The notes under the pieces: generated by a model
What the model was told of the DNA's origin: nothing
The model's database searches: none
What the model saw: the letters and a program-made list of their open reading frames with translations, nothing else
Assembly (NCBI GenBank): GCA_963722055.1
Contig: CAVRLA010000004.1
Location: 339,987-403,986, forward strand
Direction: 5' to 3'
Origin: an uncultured Actinomycetes bacterium
Lineage (GTDB): Bacteria; Actinomycetota; Actinomycetes; Streptosporangiales; Streptosporangiaceae
Length of the DNA: 64,000 nucleotides
In this document: piece by piece, positions 34,180 to 43,435 of the stretch
Position numbering within the stretch: position 1 is the first letter of the stretch
Layout: every line of letters begins with the position of its first letter
Translations under genes and position numbers: made by a program

Positions 34180-35525
34180 CGGTACCCGGCCGGGATGAAG
34201 TTCTCGCCCTGCTCATTCCCGGGGGGCGCCAGCATGGCGGCCGCGTCCGCGTCCGTGGGCGCGTCGGGCCAGCCGGCGACCTCGGCGGCCAGCTCCTGCA
34301 GCAAGCCGCAGCCGGCCCGGTCGGCCCGCCGCGCGGCCAGCAGGATCGCGGCCCGGCACTCGCTGACCTCGCCGACGCACTCCCACGGCTTGGCGCCCGC
34401 GCCGAGCAGGGCCCGGAACTTGCCCGCCAGGCCCGGCTGATCCAGCGGCTCGCCGACCGGCCCGAAGATCTGCCGCAGCGTTTCGGCGGACAGGAACGGG
34501 GCCAGGATCAGGTCGATGAAACAGCACTTGTCGCACTGGCCGCACCAGTGATCCAAGCGGCGGGCCGGATCGGTGTAGAACGCCTTGTTACAGCTGCGGA
34601 ACGAGCCGTGGTACGGCGTGAGGGCGGCGAATTCCCGGCCGACCCACAGCTCGGTCCGGTCCCGCAGCCAGGAGAAATACTCCGGCAGCTCGGGTTCGGC
34701 GAGCACGCCGCGGAAGGCCGCCTCGAAGCCGGCGCTCTTGGAGTACTGGTGGTTCACCGGGCGGCCCTGGTGCCGCAGCGTCGGGACGGACGCCGACCAC
34801 TCGTTGGACATGACGACCGCGTCCCGGTGGTCCAGGACGGCGGCCAGCACCGCGATGGCCGACAGGATCCCGGTGACCGGCACGTGTCCGTTGAGGAACC
34901 CGAGCTCCGCGGAGCGCAGCAGCTGCGGATCGATCTCCCGCTCGGCCCGCACCACCGGCAGGCCGGTGACCGCGGCCGGCGCCTCGATCGCCGCGAACCG
35001 GTCGGCCGGCCTGCTCACCACGAACAGCGCGGCATCGGCCAGCCGCCGGACCCGCTCCACCACCACGATCGAATCGATCCCGCCGCCGAAGGGCACGAGG
35101 GCTCGCTGGCCCGGCGCCGCCGGGTGGGTGTGGTGCGGAGCGTCGGCCTGACGTGCTTCGATGCGCAGCGGGGCCAGGTCCAGGGTGTTGCGGTAGGCGA
35201 ACTCGCCCAGGCCCTGGAGGTAGAACTCGCGCAGGAAAGCCAGCTCGGCCTCGGTCAGCGCGGTCGGGCCGAGGTCGATGACCGGCGGCGCCGCGGTCTT
35301 GTAGTAGGACACGCCGGCCAGCAGGAACACCAGCCGCTCGGCGGCCCGGGCCGCCTCGGTGTGCCACCGCGGACCGGGGGCCAGCGTGACCCGCTCGATG
35401 AACTCCCGCCCGTCCAGCGAGTAATGGCAGGTCAGGGTGCCGAGCTCGGGGTCCGCCGTAAAGGACTCGTAGCGGAAGAGGTGTCCGCGAACCAGTGGTT
35501 GTGACAACGTACCCGGAAGAGCCAT
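34176..35525 (-). CDS. murL: PP-loop-type ATP-utilising protein, candidate MurL (UDP-MurNAc-L-Ala-L-Glu epimerase)
   Basis: About 449 aa from ATG 35525. PP-loop-like LVPFGGGIDSIVV. C-terminal Cys cluster HWCGQCDKCCFIDL. Translationally coupled to both neighbours. Assignment is from memory of the Xanthomonas MurD2-MurL pair. Confidence 0.5.
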   Translation of the reverse strand: MALPGTLSQPLVRGHLFRYESFTADPELGTLTCHYSLDGREFIERVTLAPGPRWHTEAARAAERLVFLLAGVSYYKTAAPPVIDLGPTALTEAELAFLREFYLQGLGEFAYRNTLDLAPLRIEARQADAPHHTHPAAPGQRALVPFGGGIDSIVVVERVRRLADAALFVVSRPADRFAAIEAPAAVTGLPVVRAEREIDPQLLRSAELGFLNGHVPVTGILSAIAVLAAVLDHRDAVVMSNEWSASVPTLRHQGRPVNHQYSKSAGFEAAFRGVLAEPELPEYFSWLRDRTELWVGREFAALTPYHGSFRSCNKAFYTDPARRLDHWCGQCDKCCFIDLILAPFLSAETLRQIFGPVGEPLDQPGLAGKFRALLGAGAKPWECVGEVSECRAAILLAARRADRAGCGLLQELAAEVAGWPDAPTDADAAAMLAPPGNEQGENFIPAGYR

Positions 35526-36547
35526 TAGGTTGTCACATCCACTGGTTGCCGGAGACGTGCCACCAAGGCCAGGCGCCCGCACGGGCGTGCCGCACGGTCA
35601 CTGAAGAAGTAGCCGTGACGGGTGGGATCCGTGGGGTTGGGATCCGCGAGAGGGGGATCTGCGCGGCTGGGAGCCGCGGGGGTGGGATCTGCGGAGCCGG
35701 TGGGGAGGTCGGTGATGTGGATCTGGGGGTCGGGGAGGCCGGCCTCGCGGAGGACGTGGCGGTTCGCGGTCCACAGGTCGAGGAGCCAGCGGTCGGGGGC
35801 CCGGGGGTCCGGGCGGATGAAGCTCGCCGCGGCGGGGCCGAAGGCCTGGGTGACAGCGTGGTGGACGTCGGGGCCGACCTGGTAGCGGGCGGGCGCCGCG
35901 GCGGGGCCGAGGCCGGCGATCACGTCTGACGGGCGGGAGCCGAGGGAAGTCATAACGGCGACGGCCGCGGCGGACACGCGGGCCACGGTGCCGCGCCAGC
36001 CCGCATGCACGCAGGCCAGCACGCCGGCCACCGGGTCATGCAGCACGATCGGCAGGCAGTCCGCCGTCAAGATGGCCAGCACCACGCCGGGGGACGTGGT
36101 GACCAGCGCGTCCGTGTCGGCGATCGCGTCATCCATCCTGAACGCGCCGCTCCCCCGGTCCGCGTCGCCGACGATCCGCACGGCGGCCCCGTGGATCTGG
36201 CGGGCGAAGACGAAGTCGCCGGGGCGGGCGCCGAGGGCGGCCGCGAGCCGACGCCGGTTCTCCAGGACCAGGACCGGATCGTCACCGACGCTCAGGCTAA
36301 GGTTGAGCGTGGCGTACGGCCCAGACGACACGCCTCCGCTGCGAGCCGTAACCGCCGCGTCCGCTTCGGACGCCTCCAGCACGGGCCAGGTCAGCAGCCG
36401 CAGCGGCCCGGCCGCGCGGAGCCCGCACGGGGCGGCAGGCATGGCGCTCATTGACAGGCCTCTAGACGGGCCTTCATCAAACATCTCCTCTGAAATGTCA
36501 GTATGGCGTGCTACTTTCAGCATGTCCGAGATAGCCAAATCGGACAT
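35525..36547 (-). CDS. pgeF: YfiH/PgeF family (DUF152) peptidoglycan editing factor / laccase-domain protein
   Basis: Conserved LTADCLPIVL and VHAGWRGTV blocks, C-terminal YFFSDRA..GR. Carries a low-complexity insert (ADPTPAAPSRADPPLADPNPTDPT). TAATG overlap with the next gene. The true start is probably an internal Met (e.g. MSAMPAAP). Confidence 0.8.
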   Translation of the reverse strand: MSDLAISDMLKVARHTDISEEMFDEGPSRGLSMSAMPAAPCGLRAAGPLRLLTWPVLEASEADAAVTARSGGVSSGPYATLNLSLSVGDDPVLVLENRRRLAAALGARPGDFVFARQIHGAAVRIVGDADRGSGAFRMDDAIADTDALVTTSPGVVLAILTADCLPIVLHDPVAGVLACVHAGWRGTVARVSAAAVAVMTSLGSRPSDVIAGLGPAAAPARYQVGPDVHHAVTQAFGPAAASFIRPDPRAPDRWLLDLWTANRHVLREAGLPDPQIHITDLPTGSADPTPAAPSRADPPLADPNPTDPTRHGYFFSDRAARPCGRLALVARLRQPVDVTT

Positions 36548-36890
36548 AGGTACTACCGCGGCGGGGCACGCCGTGGCTGCGCGGGGAGGCTTCCGGAATG
36601 CCGGGCCGGTGAACCGCGAACCAACAGCGCGACCGCAGGTCGCGACTGAAATCCTTGTCCTTCGGGGCAGCGGAGGATGTCAACGGGTGCGATCTTAGCG
36701 GCCCCGCCCTGGGACGGGCGACGCTGGGAAGCACAGCACAGAGTGGTCCTGGGCCAGGACTTCTTTGCGGATAATTGAGGCTGCCCCCGACTGGCGAGAC
36801 CCAAGCCACGGGGGCAGTTTCACCCGTGCCCGGCCGAAAATCACTCTGAACGCCTACCTACTCCCTCGTCGTGGGTGCCAAGTCGACCGA

Positions 36891-38015
36891 TCAGGATCGC
36901 GCCCGGGCGGCGGCGGACTCGGCGGCGCGCAGGGCGCGCAGGAGGTTGCCGCCGGCCAGGGCGGCGCAGTCGGGCTCCGTCCAGCCGCGGGCCAGGAGCT
37001 CGGCGAAGAGGGCCGGGTAGGCGGACACGTCCTCCAGGCCGACGGTGACGTCGGGCGTGCCGTCGAAGTCGCCGCCGAGGCCGACGTGTTCGACGCCGGC
37101 CACCTGGCGGATGTGGTCGATATGGTTGGCGACCTGGGCCAGGACGGCCCGGGGTTTGGGATGGGTGGCCTCCCACTCGGGCGTGAGGCGGTCCAGCTGA
37201 TCGAAGTCCCGCGGATCCAGGCCACGGCGGGCGGCCTCAGCCTTGAGCCCGGCCAGCCAGTCCGAGCACTCCTGCGAGACGAAGCCGGGCACGAACGTCA
37301 CCATGCACACGCCGCCGTTGCCGGGCAGCCGGGCCAGCACCTCGTCGGGCACGTTGCGCGGGTTGTCGCAGAGCGCGCGGGCGCTGGAGTGCGAGAAGAT
37401 CACCGGAGCCGCCGCGGCGTCCAGCGCGTCATGCATGGTGTCCGGGGACACGTGCGACAGGTCGACCAGCATGCCCAGCCGCTGCATCTCGCGGACCACG
37501 TCCCGGCCGAAATCGGTCAGACCGCCGGCCTCCTTCTGGTCGGTGGCCGAGTCGGCCCAGCCGACGTTGCGGTTATGGGTCAGGGTCATGTACCGCACGC
37601 CGAGCGCGTACAGCATGCGCAGCACGCCGAGTGAGGAGGCGATCGCGTGGCCGCCTTCGGCGCCGAGCAGCGAGGCCACCCGCCCGGAGGCGAAGATCCG
37701 CTCCACGTCGGCGGCGGTCAGCGCGAGCCCCAGGGCCTGGGGGTACGCCGCGATCATCCCGCGGGCGCGGTCGATCTGCTCGAGCACCGTGGTGACGGCG
37801 GCGTCCCCGGCGATCAAGGCCGGCACGAAGACCGACCAGAACTGGGCGCCGACGCCGCCGGCCCGCAGCCGCGGCAGGTCGGTGTGGGTGCCCGCGACCG
37901 GCTGGGCCAGGTTGAGCTCGCCCCGCTCGCGCAGCACCCAGGGCAGGTCGTTGTGCCCGTCGATCAGCGGGAACCGGCGCAGTAGGTCCCGGGCCGCGAT
38001 CGTTGGCTGGCTCAT
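36891..38015 (-). CDS. membrane (renal-type) dipeptidase, peptidase family M19
   Basis: 374 aa. N-terminal LIDGHNDLPW zinc-binding signature and full-length family-like sequence. Confidence 0.9.
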   Translation of the reverse strand: MSQPTIAARDLLRRFPLIDGHNDLPWVLRERGELNLAQPVAGTHTDLPRLRAGGVGAQFWSVFVPALIAGDAAVTTVLEQIDRARGMIAAYPQALGLALTAADVERIFASGRVASLLGAEGGHAIASSLGVLRMLYALGVRYMTLTHNRNVGWADSATDQKEAGGLTDFGRDVVREMQRLGMLVDLSHVSPDTMHDALDAAAAPVIFSHSSARALCDNPRNVPDEVLARLPGNGGVCMVTFVPGFVSQECSDWLAGLKAEAARRGLDPRDFDQLDRLTPEWEATHPKPRAVLAQVANHIDHIRQVAGVEHVGLGGDFDGTPDVTVGLEDVSAYPALFAELLARGWTEPDCAALAGGNLLRALRAAESAAARARS

Positions 38016-38219
38016 CCCGTCAGCCTAACGGGGGCGCCAGGGGGGTACGGGCTCGTCCCCCGGGCCCAGCACCGCTGAGCGTGCGGACAGACCGGGAGCA
38101 GGTACCACGATCCGTTCCGTTGAATTAATGAATTTTTCCTATTCATGCTGGTTAACGGGCTGCCGAGTTTACGCTTATGGTGGCGAGGACGATGGGCGGT
38201 ACGCGATGAGCCTGGTCCG

Positions 38220-39128
38220 ATGACGGCACACTGGGCCCCATCTCGCCATGTCGTGCTCGACGGCGCGGTGAACGTGCGGGACATCGGCGGCTACCGGACC
38301 AGCGACGGGCTCCAGGTCGCGCGCGGGCGGCTGTTCCGCGGCGACGCCCTCAGCCAGCTGACCGGCCTTGACGTGGAACGACTCGACCGGCTGGGGCTGC
38401 GCACGGTGATCGACTTCCGGACGCCGGGCGAGGTCCTGCTGACCGGCGCGGACCGGCTGCCGTTCGGTACCGAGTTCGTCAGCCTGCCGGTGGGCGGTGG
38501 CGACCTCGGCTCGATCTACGAGTTGATCGCCAGCGGCGACCACGCGCGACAGCGGCACGAACTCGGCGACGGGCGCGCGGCCGAGCTCATGGTGGAGATC
38601 AACCGCGGGTTCGTGACGGATCAGCGGCAGCGTGAGGCGTTCGGCGCCGCGTTCCGGCTGGTGTGCTCGGCCGGGCGGCTGCCGTTGCTGTACCACTGCT
38701 CGGGCGGGAAGGACCGGACCGGGTGGATGACCGCCATCGTGCTCACCTCGCTCGGCGTGCCGCGCGAGCTCGTGCTGCGGGACTACCTGCTATCCAACGA
38801 CTTCCACCGGACGGATTACCAGAAGCTCCGGTACAACCTGGTCAAGACCGGGATCGTGGCCGATCCCGAGCTGCTGCGGCCGATCATGGAACAGTGCGCC
38901 ACTTACCTGGGCACGGCCTTCGAGGAGGCGGAGCGGAGGTACTCCTCGTTCGGCCGGTTCGTGGCGTACGGACTGGAGGTCAGCGACGCGATGGTGAGCG
39001 AGCTGCGGCGCGCCATGCTCGGCGACCAGGAGCGTTATGCAGAACCCGTGCCGCCCGAGCCGGTGTCGTTACGCTTCTGGCCTCGGGTCAGCCCTTGCGG
39101 CGGCGGGGGCCCATGCGGCGCAGGATGA
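38220..39128 (+). CDS. protein-tyrosine phosphatase (Y_phosphatase3-like)
   Basis: CX5R active site HCSGGKDRTGW. ATG 38220 is preferred over ATG 38145 because the latter sits inside the AT-rich promoter-like patch. Start is uncertain. The 3' end overlaps the convergent ABC gene by 41 nt. Confidence 0.8.
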   Translation: MTAHWAPSRHVVLDGAVNVRDIGGYRTSDGLQVARGRLFRGDALSQLTGLDVERLDRLGLRTVIDFRTPGEVLLTGADRLPFGTEFVSLPVGGGDLGSIYELIASGDHARQRHELGDGRAAELMVEINRGFVTDQRQREAFGAAFRLVCSAGRLPLLYHCSGGKDRTGWMTAIVLTSLGVPRELVLRDYLLSNDFHRTDYQKLRYNLVKTGIVADPELLRPIMEQCATYLGTAFEEAERRYSSFGRFVAYGLEVSDAMVSELRRAMLGDQERYAEPVPPEPVSLRFWPRVSPCGGGGPCGAG

Positions 39129-41793
39129 CATAGGTGATCAGCACGAAGAGCAGGCCCAGCCCGATCGTGACCGCGATGTCGGTCAGCCACTGCGATGCAG
39201 TATGGACCCACAGCAGGTCTGTTTTGCCGATCTGGATCGGGCTGGTGTGGTTGAGGTCCGCGGTCGAGGCGACCGCGCCGAACCCCCAGCGGGCCGGCGC
39301 GATGGCCGTGATCGGGAAGTACAGTGCCACCGGGACGGCGCCGGACAAGATGACCTGGACCATGGTGAGGATGACCAGGAAGGGCATCGCCTTCTCCGAC
39401 GTGGTCACCAGGGCCGACACCAGCAGCCCGAGGCACATCGAGGTGACACAGAGCACGGCGATGCCGACCAGCAGCTCGGCCAGCGGCGCGCTGGTCAGGA
39501 AGGACCCGGTCTTCGGCACCGGCCAGAGCGCCACGCCCAGCAGGACCAGGATGAAGGCCTGCACGACGGCAATGACGCCAAGCACCACCAGCTTGGAGGA
39601 CAGGTAGGCGCCTGAGGACAGGCCTGCCGCCCGTTCCCTGGTGTAGATCGCGCGTTCCTTGACCAGCTCCCTGACCGAGAGCGCGGCTCCGGCCAGGCAG
39701 GCGCAGATGACCAGCATCAGGAGCACCGTGCTCCCGTCCGAATTGGGGCCCGCCGGGCCCCGCAGGCCCTGCTTGTTGCCGACGAAGTAGATCAGGATGC
39801 CGAGGATGATGGGCAGCAGCCCCATGAAGATCAGGTAGCCGCGATCCGATGCGATCACCCGTACGTATCGCCGGGTCAGCGTGCTGAACTGCCGTAGCGC
39901 GCCGCTCGGCTCGGGCACCGCGTCGGGCATGTCGTCCCGGCCCTGGGGCCGGAGGGCCTGCTTCGGGCGCTGGCCGAGCACGTACTGGGCGTGGGCCGGG
40001 GACGCGTCGTACTCAGCGGCCCAGTCGCGGTCCGGGTAGGCCTCGAAGGCCTGGAACACCTCGGCCCAGCCGGTCAGGCCGAAGTACGTCAACCCCTCGT
40101 CGGGCGGCCCGTAGTAGGCGATCTGGCCGCCGGGGACCAGGACCAGCAGCCGGTCGCAGGTGTCCAGGTTCGCGACGCTGTGCGTGACCACGATGACCGT
40201 GCGCCCCTCGTGGGCCAGGTCGCGCATCTGCTCCATGACCGACTTGTCCAGGCCGGGGTCCAGGCCCGAGGTCGGCTCGTCGAGGAAGAGAAGGGACGGC
40301 TTGGTCATCAGCTCCTGCGCGACGTTGACCCGCTTGAGCTGGCCGCCGGACAGGCGGTCCGCGCGGGTGTTGGCGTGCTTGGTCAGGCCGAGCTCATCCA
40401 TGACCTCGTCGACCCGGGCGTCGCGCTCGTGGGCGCTGGTGTCGGCGGGGAACCGGAGTTCGGCCGAGTACTGCAGCGCACGCCGAGCGGTGAGCTGGGT
40501 GTGCAGGACGCTCTCCTGCGGGACCAGGCCGATGCGGTAGCGCAGCTCGGCGTAGTTGCGGTACAGGTCACGGTTGTCGTACAGCACGGTGCCGGTGTCC
40601 GCGGGGCGCATGCCGGTCAGGGCGCCGAGCAGGGTCGACTTGCCCGCGCCGCTCGGGCCGATGACGCCGACCAGGCTCTTCTCCGGGATCGGGAACGTGA
40701 CGTGGTTCAGCAGGATCTTGCCGCCGCCGACCTTCACCACCAGGTCCTGCGCGTTGAAGCTGATCAGGCCGTCGTCGACGTACTGCCGCAGCTCGCCGCC
40801 GGCCAGCCGGAACGTGGAGCGTCCGATGCTGACGATGTCCGCCTCGCCGATCACCGCGGAGGAGACCCGGCGGCCATTGACGTAGGTGCCATTGTGACTG
40901 CCGAGGTCGACGATCTCGTAGCTGCCAGTGGGCGACTTGCGTAGCTCGGCGTGATGTCGCGAGACGTCGAGGTCGGGGATGACCAGGTCGTTGTCGGGGA
41001 TGCGGCCGATGCGCAGGGCCTTGGCCGGCAGCGGCATCCGCGAGGTCGGACGGCGGTCGACGCTGGGCAGCAGATCGGGGGCGACGGCGCCGGCCGCCGC
41101 CGCGGCCGCCGGACGAGCCGCCGGGCCGGCGGGGCTGGCGGCGGCGGGAAGGGGCGGGGCGGGGCGGGAGCCGGAGCCGCGGCCTGGGGCGGCGGAGCCT
41201 GGCGGGGCGGGGCCGTCGAACGGCGGGGCAGCCTCGAACGGCGGGGCAGCCTCGAACGGCGGGGCGGCCTCGAACGGGGCCACGGGCTCGACGGGGGCGG
41301 CCGGAGTGAAGGCCGCCGCGGCCGCCACGGGGGCGGCCCGCTCGGCCTGCCGCTCCACCGGGGGAGCCTGGGGTACGCAGCGCAGGATCGGCCCGTCGTC
41401 GGAGTTGCCCAGGCGCACCACGCAGTCGGCGGCGATCGGGACCCGGTCGATCCGCTGCGTCCCGACGAACGTTCCGTTGGTGCTGCCGACGTCCTCCAGG
41501 AGCCACCCGTTACCTTCGAGCCGCAGCACGCCATGCCGCCATGAGACGCGCGAGTCGTCCACCACGATGTCGGACTTGGGGTCGCGGCCGATGCGGTAGG
41601 TCTTCCCGCCGCGCAGCGTTTGCTCCGCGCTCCGGGTCCGCACCACGAGGGCGGGCACGGCGGAGGCGCCGACGGGTCCGGCCGACGCAGGCGCCTCGGC
41701 GAGTCCGGCCTGAGCAAACCCGGCGGGACCTGGGCCCATCGACCCCGCCTGAGGCTGCTGTTGACCGGGCCAATCAGAGTGCTCGGGTGGCAT
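39088..41793 (-). CDS. ABC transporter with two N-terminal FHA domains, ATPase and ABC-2 permease (Rv1747-like architecture)
   Basis: 901 aa. Two FHA-like segments (..YRIGRDPKSDIVV..WLLEDVGSTNGTFV.. and ..LRIGRIPDNDLVI..VDLGSHNGTYVNG..). Walker A GPSGAGKSTLL, signature LSGGQLKRV, Walker B LLFLDEPTSGLD, C-terminal 6-TM region. Confidence 0.9.
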   Translation of the reverse strand: MPPEHSDWPGQQQPQAGSMGPGPAGFAQAGLAEAPASAGPVGASAVPALVVRTRSAEQTLRGGKTYRIGRDPKSDIVVDDSRVSWRHGVLRLEGNGWLLEDVGSTNGTFVGTQRIDRVPIAADCVVRLGNSDDGPILRCVPQAPPVERQAERAAPVAAAAAFTPAAPVEPVAPFEAAPPFEAAPPFEAAPPFDGPAPPGSAAPGRGSGSRPAPPLPAAASPAGPAARPAAAAAAGAVAPDLLPSVDRRPTSRMPLPAKALRIGRIPDNDLVIPDLDVSRHHAELRKSPTGSYEIVDLGSHNGTYVNGRRVSSAVIGEADIVSIGRSTFRLAGGELRQYVDDGLISFNAQDLVVKVGGGKILLNHVTFPIPEKSLVGVIGPSGAGKSTLLGALTGMRPADTGTVLYDNRDLYRNYAELRYRIGLVPQESVLHTQLTARRALQYSAELRFPADTSAHERDARVDEVMDELGLTKHANTRADRLSGGQLKRVNVAQELMTKPSLLFLDEPTSGLDPGLDKSVMEQMRDLAHEGRTVIVVTHSVANLDTCDRLLVLVPGGQIAYYGPPDEGLTYFGLTGWAEVFQAFEAYPDRDWAAEYDASPAHAQYVLGQRPKQALRPQGRDDMPDAVPEPSGALRQFSTLTRRYVRVIASDRGYLIFMGLLPIILGILIYFVGNKQGLRGPAGPNSDGSTVLLMLVICACLAGAALSVRELVKERAIYTRERAAGLSSGAYLSSKLVVLGVIAVVQAFILVLLGVALWPVPKTGSFLTSAPLAELLVGIAVLCVTSMCLGLLVSALVTTSEKAMPFLVILTMVQVILSGAVPVALYFPITAIAPARWGFGAVASTADLNHTSPIQIGKTDLLWVHTASQWLTDIAVTIGLGLLFVLITYVILRRMGPRRRKG
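41215..41286 (-). repeat. about 4 x 18-bp in-frame tandem repeat in the inter-FHA linker (AAPPFE units)
   Basis: Plus strand (g/c)tcgaacggcggggc(a/g)gc repeated. Protein reads FEAAPPFEAAPPFEAAPPFD. Confidence 0.9.
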
Positions 41794-42058
41794 GTCTCAG
41801 AGTGTAGAGGCGCAGGCCGTAAACGGGAATCGGATGGACCTTTCGGGCCGGGGCTGTGTTTTGGCATATTGGGTCGCGGACACCCTTGATACTGGAACAT
41901 CCGCAATCTCGTACTTGCCACACGTCGGCTCAGCGCGACTTGTGACTCCCCGTTATCCACCGGCGCTCAACGACATTTGCAGGGGTTGGGAAAATGATCC
42001 TCGTGGATACGCATTCTGAGGACGTGGCGGCCGTAGCCTCGACGCTGGCCGGCCGGCC

Positions 42059-42871
42059 GTGAGCGCCGATCCCACCCAGCCCCTGCCCGAGTGGCAGCGG
42101 AGGCCCGAGTGGCAGCAGACGCCGCAGTGGCAGAGGCAGGGTCCGACCGAACCGCCGACCGTTGTCCGCCGGCGGCGCCGGAAGGGGCCGCTCATCGCGC
42201 TGATCACCGTGATCGTGCTCATCGTGCTGTTTGTGGTCAGCGACCGGGTGGCCAACGCGTACGCCGAGAACCAGATGGCCAGCCAGTTCCAGTCGTCCCT
42301 GGGCCTGTCGGGCAAGCCGCAGGTCACCATCCAGGGGTTCCCGTTCTGGACCCAGCTGATCGCGAAAGACTTCAAGACCGTGAACATCACGGCCAGCAAC
42401 GAGACCATCAACTCGGCCAGCGCGGGCGGCGGGGCGCTGGAGATCGCCAGCCTGAACGCCACGCTGCACGGGCTGCACTTCCAGGGGTTCAGCAGCAACA
42501 GCGCGACCGTCGATCAGCTCAACGCCACGGCGCTAGTCACGTTCGCCGCCCTGGGGAACATTGGCGGCGTCCCGCAGGGCGTCACCATCACCGCCGACGG
42601 GCCGAACCAGGTCACGGCCACGCTCAGCCTCCCCGTGCTAGGCAGCGTCTCGGCCACGGCCCAGGTCACCCAGACCGGGCCCAACCAGATCCACGTCCAT
42701 GTCACCAACTTCCGCGGGATGCCGACGGACGCGCTCGGGAACTTCGGCGACTTCACTATCACCATCCCGAAACTGCCCCCGGGCGTGTCGATCCAGAGCG
42801 TGAGCGTCACCCAGCAGGGCGTCATGGTCACTATCACCGGCCAGAACACCACGCTGAGCCAGAACTCCTAA
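42059..42871 (+). CDS. DUF2993 / LmeA-like membrane-anchored lipid-binding protein
   Basis: 270 aa. Basic stretch plus TM anchor (RRRRRKGPLIALITVIVLIVLFVV), then DRVANAYAENQMA... as in DUF2993. The N-terminus has imperfect 18-bp repeats (PEWQRR/PEWQQT/PQWQRQ). Confidence 0.7.
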   Translation: MSADPTQPLPEWQRRPEWQQTPQWQRQGPTEPPTVVRRRRRKGPLIALITVIVLIVLFVVSDRVANAYAENQMASQFQSSLGLSGKPQVTIQGFPFWTQLIAKDFKTVNITASNETINSASAGGGALEIASLNATLHGLHFQGFSSNSATVDQLNATALVTFAALGNIGGVPQGVTITADGPNQVTATLSLPVLGSVSATAQVTQTGPNQIHVHVTNFRGMPTDALGNFGDFTITIPKLPPGVSIQSVSVTQQGVMVTITGQNTTLSQNS

Positions 42872-42934
42872 CCCGGACCGCGCCCGCAGCAGTGAATCGG
42901 TCCGGATGACCGGTACCGGATAGGCTCACGGCTG

Positions 42935-43357
42935 ATGCCAGCAACGTGTGCCTTCTGCGCCATCATCCGCGGCGAAGAGAAGGCAGTAATCATCCTGCAG
43001 ACCGAACGCCTGATTGCGTTCCTGGACCACCGCCCGCTGTTCTACGGTCACATCCTGCTCGCGCCGAAGCAGCACATTGTCCTGCTCAGCGACCTGCCCG
43101 CCGATCAAGTGCCGGAGTTCTTCGGCACGGCTCAGCGGCTGGAGCGCGCGGTCGAGGACGGCCTGCCCTCCGACGGCTCGATGATCCTGGTCAACAACGT
43201 GGTCAGCCAGTCGGTACCGCACCTGCACCTGCACGTCATTCCGCGGAACAAGCGGGACGGCCTGCGGTTCTGGCTCGGCCCGCGGCAGCGGTACGACGCG
43301 GCCCACCCGGCCGAGGCCTACGCGGAGAAGATCAGGGCCGTGCTCCCGGCGGCCTGA
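42935..43357 (+). CDS. HIT-family nucleotide hydrolase/transferase
   Basis: 140 aa. Histidine triad VPHLHLHVIPR. Confidence 0.9.
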   Translation: MPATCAFCAIIRGEEKAVIILQTERLIAFLDHRPLFYGHILLAPKQHIVLLSDLPADQVPEFFGTAQRLERAVEDGLPSDGSMILVNNVVSQSVPHLHLHVIPRNKRDGLRFWLGPRQRYDAAHPAEAYAEKIRAVLPAA

Positions 43358-43435
43358 ACCGGGCACCTGCGCCTGGCGTTACGGTTGTGGAAGGCGTCGT
43401 GTCACGCTGAAGCCGAGGAGAACCGGGAGACCCTC

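Noticed and set aside
32804-35504. ORFs 32804-34216 (470 aa), 32836-33882 and 34548-35504 overlapping the murD2/murL-like genes
   Set aside because: R/P/G-rich shadow frames without motifs.
36548-36890. Structured RNA (ydaO, SRP, mraW-type) in the 343-nt gap upstream of pgeF
   Set aside because: Several local hairpins exist (CTGCCCCCG...CGGGGGCAG, GTCCTGGCCCAGGAC), but nothing matches a family consensus I can recall. This cannot be decided without a covariance-model scan.
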